From Bugula neritina (lineage: Eukaryota > Animalia > Bryozoa), in the NCBI GenBank assembly GCA_964035545.1, contig OZ037770.1, positions 13,692,642 to 13,756,641 of the forward strand: a stretch of 64,000 nucleotides of DNA. The letters run 5' to 3'. The notes beneath the pieces are model-generated. The model was not told the DNA's origin, searched no databases, and saw only the letters and a list, made by a program, of their open reading frames with translations. Of the stretch, positions 12,501-24,000 are shown one piece after another. The stretch's first letter is position 1, and each line of letters begins with the position of its first letter. Both the position numbers and the translations under genes were made by a program.

Positions 12501-14977
12501 CTACATGACTAGAAGTTAGTAAAATCATTAGAAGTGCCAGATGTTAGTCAGTGATTTCTACTCTACTTCTATTTCCTTTTACTAGCATATCTTTTCTCAA
12601 ACAGATCTGCCTTTTTCAAGTAAATATCAAAACAGAGGCGAGGATATGGAGATAGAGAGAGTTGGTTGGATACAGAGAGAAGAGAATTAGGAGGGTACAG
12701 AGAGAAGAGGGTTAGGAGGGTATAGAGAGAAGAGAATTAGGCGGGTACAGAGAGAAGAGAATTAGGAGGGTACAGAGAGAAGAGAATTAGGAGGGTATAG
12801 AGAGAAGAGAATTAGGAGGGTATAGAGAGAAGAGAATTAGGCGGGTATAGAGAGAAGAGAGTTAGGAGGGTATAGAGAGAAGAGAATTAGGAGGGTATAG
12901 AGAGAAGATTTGAAAGAGAGTAGATTACTAGAGAAACACACACTGGTTTAAATTAGTCTGTTGAATTCCCTACCTTCTGTAGAGGTGGTGGAATCTGCAA
13001 AGAGTGGATTAGAATGTAACGATTATTTAAAGGAAGATGGCTGCAAGCAGTCAATTAAATTATGACAGAAACCTCTAAAAATGTTAGGGTTATAAACATC
13101 TCTAAAAATATTTGCACTTCCTTTATACAAGTTATGAAACCAAAACAACTACCAAATTTAAAACACTGAGCTCCACATCAAAGATCTAACTAATAACTTG
13201 AAAATAAACTTGTGCATTTTCAAACAAGAAACTGTCTAACTAAATTTGTAACAATGCGTTAGAACTCTGGAAATATACGAGCAATAATAAGTAGTGCATA
13301 GCAACTTTTATCAACAATTAAAAATAGAAAAACATCTCCCAACATGTTTCTCATCAGGAACTGACAACTCCCGTCAAACAAAGATAAACAGAAACAGTTC
13401 ATGTAGTCAGGATAAAGTAGCTTTAGAACTGTGTCGTCAGCAGAAGGAATTATGAGTCTTGGCAGCAGTAGATTGAGTCATCAGCACGTAAAGTACAGAG
13501 ATAAGACTGAGAAAAGTTCTTGCTTTATGAACAGTAAAATGCCAACAAGTAAGGCTGCTACCAAGCATAATCTGCGGCGGATGACAACGTGACATGACAG
13601 TATCAGCCTTACCAGTTCCTCAATGAGGTCAGTGAGCTGAGGGACGACAAACTCGGACAGCGTGTTGGCTCTGATTCTCAGGAAGTGATCACTGAGCACG
13701 AGCTGTCTCTTGTTGCAGACGATTTCTAGAATGTTCCTTACAGACATTCCTTCATCTGTCTCCACGACAATAGACTACAGGAAGACATGAGAGATGTGAC
13801 AATTACTTTAACACTCAGTCACAGCATCTTGAAAACACAGCCTGTGCTAAAAAATTATGAAAAGATTTACTTTGGAATTACATTTATTTCTCGTTCAGAT
13901 GTTGAGTTGAGATGAAAGAGCACAGGTGAATAGCCAATCAAATAACGTGTCTTGAATATTCAAATACAAACTTAGTTTTACTAACAGCAAGAGTTGTATG
14001 TTATATTATGAAGAAAGAACAGTAAAAAGTTAGCTACTAGCTGATTTCTTTGTATATAAATCCGCACTTTAATGACAGCAGACATTCAGCAGGTAACTAG
14101 CAATGACCCAGCAACCAACAACAGAAATTACCTGCTCATTGGGTAAATAAATTCTCAGCAGATTCTCTCCGAACTTTGACCCCATAGAGCTGATCATTTC
14201 ATTTCCTGGCGAGGAGGAACATTCGGAATCGTCGTTCACCGGACACTCTTCACCCTCGTCACTTCCTGTACCCGGAGGAACAAATGTATCAGCTGTCACT
14301 TTCAGTCGACTTTGAGAAGTTTGTCGCAGAGTTGAAAGAATGCCACTTTTCTTCTGTCTCTGTCCGATGTAGGTGTGATATGCGTTGGGAGTCCGTATGC
14401 ATATGAGAGAGTGTAACGAGGTGACGTTAAGAATACCGAGTTTACGCAATTTCCTCTTAGTGGCGTTGGACATACTCGAGAGGACGTACTTGGGGTTAGG
14501 TAGCTCGGTGCCCTGTTAGTTAGTGTGAAACAACAGCAACCATAAATAGCTTATTGAATTTAGAATTGATTGAATAACGAGCATTAAACTTATTAATAAC
14601 TTGTGAAGGAAATAAAAGCCTTAGTGCCATGTACTCTAAATAATGTATATTATAGTGTTATATCTTATACTTATGACACAATGTATAAGGTTTCTAACCT
14701 GCAGTGAGGATAGGTAGCATTTAAATCTATACTGATCCATAAACAGGCGTTCTAAGTTTTCCTCCCAGGTATTTATCTGATTGGTTATTGCACTCCGAGA
14801 TTTCACCTCTTTCACGACAGTCAGCTGTAACTCAGCCATTTTCTTCATTTTAGAATCCTAAACATATGATACAATTTACTCAATCTAATGATAATGACTT
14901 GGGCAACAATAGCAACGACCACCACAACTACTATCACCAGCATTATTTTGTCAACTATTGCCACTGCTACTACTACT

Positions 14978-15009
<32 letters not shown>

Positions 15010-18000
15010 CACTACTACTGCTACTACTACTACTACACAGTATAGACTCACAGAGTCAATATTCTCCTGCAGTTTCTCAATCTCTTGCTGTAACACCTTC
15101 ACGGGGTTAGCCTTGCTGTTCTGTTTAGCCAGCTGAGAGGCACACGTAGAGTGGATGGAGCTGATCCAGTTGTCGTGTTCAATCTGAGTCGGCGCCTGCA
15201 ATGGTTACTATGGTTACTATGGTTGCCATACATTACGACTCATTTTAAACAGGTGGCATAGTATTGCTATTTCATTCCGTGTTTAGTAAGAAAATGATTT
15301 CTTTTTAAAAAATTCAACATACAGCACTTTTCATTATTGAAACAAATTAAAAATCAGTCAATCTGCCAGCATAGAGTTGTCTGCACTGTAAAAATAAAGC
15401 CATTGACATAGAAGAATTACTACAGTGGTGTTATATACTAGTACAGCAGTACAGTACTCTCCATGCTATCAGGTCTGAAGTGCACACAACTCATCATAAA
15501 GAGAATTGAGTATTACATAACCAAGACATTAAATCTACCTGTTTGACAAACCAAAACACACATAAGACAGTTTAGGCAGCATACCTGAAACAGGTAGGCA
15601 TCACCATAGGCTGAGCTGATAGAGAATATATTATCACGTCTAGGGTGTTCTGGTACACTCTGTGCTATACTCCCATCTATGTAGATGATGTGTCGAGGCA
15701 TGGCTTCTTCTGTTAGTGACGCCTAGCAACAAGTAAGCAAACGTAACGTGAGACATTGCGCTATCTCGTAATGCTAAACAATGCTATAGATTATGATTGT
15801 TAAAAAGAACAGAAGGTGATGTGAGTTGACTTCCCTTGAACTAACACTATGAATGACTATAATATAAAATATAAAAGCTTTCCATAGGCTTGCAGGCCAG
15901 ATTTCCTTAAGAGAACATTATTATATAATATATTATATATACGCATACACTCATCAGTGAGTGTACGAAGATACCCTGTTTGCCCCCATTTTCATAACGC
16001 AGACAAAACTGCACATTCCTTTATCATCACACACCCAATACACAGTGCTGTATCATTACACACAATACAATCTACCTGATCATTGCAGTTGTAAAACATT
16101 AGAGTCGTCCCCCTTAGCGTCACCCAGTAACGTTTCCAGTGACGTTTATTCGCCAGAGTGAGTTTACTCTTGGAGTGCATCATCCAGTTCTTTACGGTCA
16201 GCCAACTGTTTCAAAACACCAGGAAAGTCAATAAAAAGAGAGAATCAGTACAGACAAGGCTTTAGTAGAGGATCTGACTCCCAAATGTTAGGAAGTTTAA
16301 CGAGAACCCATTCACAGCCCTGCTCAAACAAGTTCTAATAACTAAGCTAAGGTGATGATTTTATGTCACAGAAAATTATTTACCCAGTGAGGTCATGAGT
16401 TCGAACCCCAGACAAAGGCCATTGATGATGTTAGGAAGAACATCCAGCTATAATTGCTTTTGTGCCACATATGAATAACTTCTTAGCCCGATTTTAAAAA
16501 CCCTTTCTATCAGGGGGTTTCTCACAAGGATAACGACTATAAACCAGCGTGAGTGAGAGTTATCTACCCAGTAAGGGTGCAATGAGCTCTTATGTTAGAT
16601 GCTGAGACAATGCAGAGCAGAAGCCATAAAAAGTTCAAACTACAGGGAAAAGTAAATTCGGCTTTCCACTTGTATATAAACAAAATTTTATAAATTCTTT
16701 GAACAGATCTTACCCGGCTTTCCGAGTGGTCCCAGACTGCCGAGTTAGGGACGTAAAGGAAGTTGGCAGAGCAGGCTGAGTAGTGAAGCTATGACAGCTG
16801 GAGTTATCTCCTTCCTCTTCATTATCATCACCTGATTGGTCAGAGTAGAAGGTGAAAGGCTTGACCTGAGTTACATCGCTGGTCTTAGTCAGTTGACTGG
16901 ACGACGAGGAGCTGTATATACTCTCTGAACCTGGAGGTGAGGAAACATGTCGTACTTTACGTTACTGGCTGACAGAAGGCTGCTACTAAAATAAAACTGG
17001 AGTGACTGATAAGGTATAGTAACTGCAGTGACTGCCTTGAAGACGTCAAAAAAGATTAGAAAGCTGTGAGAGAACTAGAGGTAACAAGTAAGCCACATGG
17101 TGTATCTGTCGGACAAATTTGGCACAGGATGTCTCTACAGTAAAGATGGCCTGTGTTCTTTCAAACATGTATTCTAGTTTTGTAGTTTTTGTGTGGCAAT
17201 TTGATTTTCAAAATTAGAGTTGTACCATTAAGAAGAATAGAAATATCACATACTAATACTTGTATCTGAAAACAAGGCGTGTCCTATAAACGAATTACAC
17301 AAGTAAAATTATGACTCAATGTTGAATTTGATACCTCCTTAGCAGTATAAACCAAACACCATCCTGGTTAAAGAAAGCAAATATCTTGTTTAAGTTATTC
17401 GAGAGTCTGATGTGCTAGAAGCAGGAAGTGATATCACAACGCAAACTAAACTAGTATTACATAGTCACATCTATCCACTAAGGTATAAGTTTTGCCGCTT
17501 CAGCAAATCTGTATCCCGGGTTCTACAAACTAACCCGTGATAACTGAACTGTGGGACTGTTCGGACATCCTGCTGGACTGGCGACTCATCTTAGACTTGG
17601 AGCTGCGGCCAGCGGCAGATATTTCGGAGGAGATGGTGCCACCAAACCCGCTGTCCTGGTACAGGGAGACGTCGTGATCCTCTTCTTTACTGTCTGTGCA
17701 CGATCCCTTACAATGAAACCAGAAGTCAATTTATAAGGTGATTGGCTAGAAGAAATTTCAAAAATTTACAAGTTGCAAATGTAATGATGCCTTTGAAAAT
17801 TAAAACTATTTCAAGATGTGATTATTTGAAGTTAAATTTTTAAAACCATCAACATGTATTTTCGATAAAATTTGAAGAATGTGAATTTTCTTTTAATTTT
17901 TCCCAATCATATTGCTAAGACTTCAACTTGTAAAACTTACAAGATCTCTAGACTTGCTCTGATATTCTAAAAATAGTTTATTGTTGAGTTCATGACTAGA

Positions 18001-21000
18001 GCTCAATGAGTTGTTGTCGTCTGTTGATTTACTTCTAAAGATGGCCGCTGACTGACTTCTGTGAAAGATTGACATTTCATACAATACAAAATTCTTAACT
18101 ACTTGCATACCAGACAGGATAGCAAAAAATATAGAATATTTGAAGCGAATAAAATAAATAACAAAAAATTTATTAGTACATGTATTTAATTGACAGCACT
18201 CGAGTTTAAACTTTAATGCACGATCTCTAACATTAGCTATGCTGAAAACAATGTCTAACATATTTGAAATCATGTCAAGAAACCGTCAGCACTCTCAAAG
18301 TAACTTCACCAGCCACCCACCTGGAACTGGAGCGACGAATGATACCCTCCGATTCACTACTCTGTAGAGGTGATGTAATACTGGGGTCACCTTGCTCAGC
18401 CTCTACACCAAAGGAGGCATTTGACGCAGTGGTTGAAGGCAAACTCTAGAAGAGATATCATTGCAGTGCAGATTACAGACAGAAATAAATTGAAAAAGCA
18501 ATGGCATTTTCAGTGAAACAATGTTTTCTATTGTGAATATGTTGATATGTAAGACTCTAACATAAAAAAATACGCAATAAAAACAAAAAAAATCATTAAA
18601 AAGAGAGTTTTTCCCTAATTATTTAACAAAAATTGAAATAAAATCAATGTTCAAGAACTTTTTTAATATTAAAAAATTGCTACTGAACTGCTTTAGCAAT
18701 GCTTAGAAACTGTAAAGAAAAGAATTAATAAACTTTTAAAAAGCCTAAACAGAACCACTTAAAATTGTGAGTAGTTTTGTTGCACTTCATTATAGGAAAG
18801 ATAACTCCTAACAGCAATGTTTATCACCTGCAGCATCTTATGCAGGGTTGAGCCAGTGTTGGATGTAGTTTCAACAGGAAGTTGATGTGATGAGTCATCC
18901 GGTGCTGTTGAAGGGGACAACTCCAAATCACAGGGTGTAGACGAATCACAAACTGCCGCATCTGCTCATAGAACAGAAATTAAGTTAAAAACTTGATGAA
19001 ATCGTGTAAAAATGGAGGAAAACAACTCCGAAATCTGAAACATCATACCAGGAGACAAAAGTTGATTGGTTTCATCAGCCAAGATGGTCGTGTCTTCCCC
19101 GAGGAGAGTGAGTTCAGCTTCACCATCCTCTTCCGATATGACCTCTACAAGGACAGCACTCCCAGTGGTTGATGTACTAATTCAGAGAAACTCTTCAACA
19201 ATAGCTTTAGTAATTTGAAGAACCAACACAACGTAATGCACTTTGAATACATAGCGTTATATCTTAAATGCTAAACAAACTGCAGCTCATTCTACTTGAC
19301 TAAAGCAAGTAACACTGAGAGTAAAGAAATCAGTGAAAGTTTATATGACCTGCTAAATTTTGTGAAGAATCAGGCCCTGTATAGTTGTTAGCTAATTATT
19401 GCTAGCAAAAGGTTTTAAAACAAAATAACCAAGAACTTTGGCAATTTAAAGAGAAAAACTGATATTTGCAGCAAAAACTGTTGGCTAATCAAGACAGTGC
19501 GATGCAGTAGTAAGTGAAAGTGTTACCTGCAGTAAAGGTGTGTGGATCTGTCTCAGCTGAGTGGGCGATGTTCTCACAACTAAACAAGATGGCGTTGAGA
19601 TGGGCGGCACTGAGGGTGGCCGGTTTGTCGTATTCATCAGCGTTTGATCCGGAGGTGGACTCTTCAAGTACTTCTTCCTGTAACACATAATATATAGTAA
19701 TATATCTGCATTATATGCAGTAATATACTTAAAATACTAAAAGGTAACCTGTATAACTCTCTCGTTCATAATAAGTATTCTGAAGCAGCAACTGGCAGCA
19801 TACCTGGTTGTTGACAGCTGTATCGGCAGCTTCTGATTGGCCGGCTGACTTTTCATTTACATCCTTCTGCACGACTTCAGTATCGCCGGTTGCTTTGCTG
19901 CTACAATAACAGACATTACTTGTACAAACACGCAGAGTTTTACTGAAAGTTGGGTGAATTCAACACATGCATCATGAGAGACAACTAGAAAATAGTAGAA
20001 ATTTCATTCCATCCATATCAAATACAAGCATTATTGTAGTTTTAAGAACAGAAGCACAGTTGTTTCTCTTTATTACATCTAAAATTACACATTTCAAAAA
20101 GAGAAAAAATTACTTTAACTGAAAACTTAAATAACATGTTCAAAGCAAATTCTTATTTCAACAAATATCCTTAGAGCACTTTCAAACCATTATTCTGCCA
20201 CAAGCTAGATAAAATTCACATAATTTATATACATGATGATAAAATACAATCAGCTGAATGTCATTGTTTGCAATAAGATAAGACTAAAGTATTCTGCATA
20301 TTACAAGGTGAGCTGTTGATGAGTTAATCCCACCTTCCCTCGGTAGGCAGGTCTGGGAGTCTGACTGCACACTGCTGTGACAGAGCTCCACTAGAATATT
20401 ATATGATACAGACAAAAGTGAAGACAACTTACCCATCAGTTGAGACACTTTGTTGGCTTTGCTCAGTGATAAGGTCAAGGTTAAGGGGCGGAGTCAGCAG
20501 AGAGTCTGTTGATTGGCTGACAGTCTTGTTGTCTGTCGGAATATGAGCAAAGAGAGACCTGCTGTCAACTCTAGCTGTTGGCTGCCGACTTCTGAAAACC
20601 ACGACACAAGAAACTGTGGTGAAATTCAGGAAATGTATGAATAGAAAATGTAATAACAAGACAGCATTAGTAAAATGTAATATTAGCTAATTGGAAATAT
20701 AACTAAATAGATAAAAAAAGGTATAAAGGGAAAAAATACAGGCAATAAGAAACTTATACGGGAAAGGGTAAAGCAAAAGGATGAGAAAATATGGACCAAT
20801 TAGAGAAGAGATAGGACATAGCCAATGAGAGAGGAGATAGGACATAGTCAATGAGAGTATTAGTCAACAGTAAGCTAAATCAGAGTCAAAAAGAACCATT
20901 AAAAATGTTCTAGAATATAGATCTACAGTGTGAGGTAATAATGAAAGAATAGTTGCAGGAATACATCTACAGTAGATCGAAAAAGTGAAAGTATAAAACA

Positions 21001-24000
21001 TGACATGAGAAAAGTAGCAATTGGTTAAAAAACACAACACAAATTGAGACGTCAAATAAGTAAATGGAGTGAATTAGTAAATAGGCAAAAACTGTGTTAC
21101 ATGAGAGAGGATACCGTGTTACATGAGAGAGGATACTGTGTTACATGAGAGAGGATACTGTGTTACATGAGAGAGGATACCGTGTTACATGAGAGAGGAT
21201 ACTGTGTTACATGAGAGAGGATACTGTATTACATGAGAGAGGATACTGTATTACATGAGAGAGGATACTGTATTACATGAGAGAGGATACTGTATTACAT
21301 GAGAGAGGATACTGTGTTACATGAGAGAGGATACTGTATTACATGAGAGAGGATACTGTATTACATGAGAGAGGATACTGTGTTACATAAGAGAGGATAC
21401 TGTATTACATGAGAGAGGATACTGTGTTACATAAGAGAGGATACTGTATTACATGAGAGAGGATACTGTATTGCATGAGAGAGGATACTGTGTTACATGA
21501 GAGAGGATACTGTATTACATGAGAGAGGATACTGTATTACATGAGAGAGGATACTGTGTTACATGAGAGAGGATACTGTGTTACATAAGAGAGGATACTG
21601 TATTACATGAGAGAGGATACTGTATTACATGAGAGAGGATACTGTGTTACATGAGAGAGGATACTGTATTACATGAGAGAGGATACTGTATTACATGAGA
21701 GAGGATACTGTGTTACATGAGAGAGGATACTGTGTTACATAAGAGAGGATACTGTATTACATGAGAGAGGATACTGTGTTACATGAGAGAGGATACTGTA
21801 TTACATGAGAGAGGATACTGTATTACATGAGAGAGGATACTGTATTACATGAGAGAGGATACTGTATTACATGAGAGAGGATACTGTATTACATGAGAGA
21901 GGATACTGTGTTACATGAGAGAGGATACTGTATTACATGAGAGAGGATACTGTATTACATGAGAGAGGATACTGTGTTACATAAGAGAGGATACTGTATT
22001 ACATGAGAGAGGATACTGTATTACATGAGAGAGGATACTGTGTTACATGAGAGAGGATACTGTATTACATGAGAGAGTATACTGTATTACAAGAGAGGAT
22101 AATATATTATTACAGTTCAAGCAGTTCCAAGACTGAATCATGTCAGCTAACAACTACTACAGAGAATAACAGGAAACACTAGTTACTATAGCAACCAGAG
22201 ACAGGAAGAGCTACAATATTAATAAACATAGTAGATAAACATGTATAGCAGGTGGTTAGACAGTGGGGAGGAAAGCAAAAAAGAGAGAGAAATTATTACC
22301 CTATCGACGATGGTTTGCGTTTGTTTTTACGCAACTCTCGCCGATCTAGCGACATTGTAGATATTATGCTATAACAGTAGAGATGTGATTATAGACACAT
22401 TGTAGATATTATAATATAACAATAGAACTGTAACTATAGACACACTGTAGATTCATAGTACTATGCAGTACTAGTACTGCATAGTACTAATACTATACAG
22501 TACTAGTACAATACAGTACTAGTACTATACAGTACTAATACTATACATATAGTATTAGTACTGTATAGTACTAATACTATATGTATAGTATTAGTACTGT
22601 GTAGTATTAGTACTGTGTACTATTAGTACTACTCACCTTGGAGCAGTTATCATTCCACTCATCTTACTAACATGAGAACCACCTCCGCCAGATTTCAACT
22701 TATCGGACCTCATTTCAGACGTTTCCCGTGTACTTCCTGTTTTCCATTTCTTTCCTGGAAGTCGCAACGTGCCGAATGAGGAACTCTTTGGTACCGAAGG
22801 CACAGAAAGTGTCTACAGTTCATAAAATGGTAACACATCAGTATAACTACTACAGTAAAACTCTACAAATGTGAAATAACACCAACCAATACACAACACA
22901 AGCACACAATACGTAGAAAACACTGAATAATACAAGCAGATACTGTGAAAATACTGAAAAGTACTTATGCTTTCACAAGAAGTCGATGTTCCTTGAAAGC
23001 CCATTAGAACTTTGCGAGAAAGCAATTACATTAAACTTTCTTCACGGAACTATTTTTTTTACAATTATATTCCTTGTTAAGATAGAATTAGCAATTGTCT
23101 TCCTTATAAGATGCGTGAAATGATTACGTTCACATTAATTGCATGTTTCCAATTAGGACTATTTCTAATAGACAAGAATGTTGAACATAGTAGCTGGTGG
23201 ACACATGAGGAACTAACATTAACTAAGAGATACATGACAAAATGGCTGACAGGAAGTCAAAAGTTCCATGAAAGTCTTTGACCTGACAAAAAAAGTGAAC
23301 AAGCTACGTAAGCTGTTAGAACACTTCGTGTCACACAAGTTATTATGTAATATATTATAAAGAGTAGAGCTTCCAGTGCAACAGTTATAAGCCATGAGTA
23401 GCACAATTCTAAGCAGTGGACATTAGTCATAACACTAAAGAGTAAGACAACTCCTACTGTACATATGCTACCAACACTTTACATACACTTCTATATATAT
23501 TATAAAAGCAATAAAAAGCTTTATGTGGTGGCAATGATGTAAACGTGGAAATAGAGAGAGAATAACTCCCAAACTGCGTATTTAGGAGTCCAAGAATTAA
23601 CAATGATACAAAGTGAAGTTTAGTCTAAAATGTCTCTAGAGCTGGAAATTAACAAGATAGAGAGTAAAAAGACACCACATTAGAGTTTTCTTACCACTCG
23701 ATTGGCCAGCCATGCTCTAGCCTATGTGAGTCATAGTTCAAACAGAATATATGATAATGGTACATGCAGAATGCCACAAATACGACACAATAACCAACTA
23801 GCAGAATATGAATCATGATAATATAGCTTATATAATAAAAAATATAACATCATGTACATATAACGTGTGTGTGGTGTGTGTGTGTGTGTGTGTGCGGTGT
23901 GTGTACTCTGTGTGTGTTGTGTGTGTGTGTGGTGTGTGTGCTGTGTGCACATAGTGTGTGCGGTGTATGTGTGCAGTGTGCGCGCGCGTGTGTGTGGCGT

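Noticed and set aside
20284-20478. Alternative frame [13 protein letters not shown] for exon 20334-20390
   Set aside because: That phase has a stop in the preceding exon; only the phase-2 frame is continuous.
21091-22100. Regular repeat arrays (also 36214, 47606, 60019, 61204, 62785) as CRISPR arrays
   Set aside because: Head-to-tail units with no unique spacers, no cas genes, and eukaryotic intronic context.
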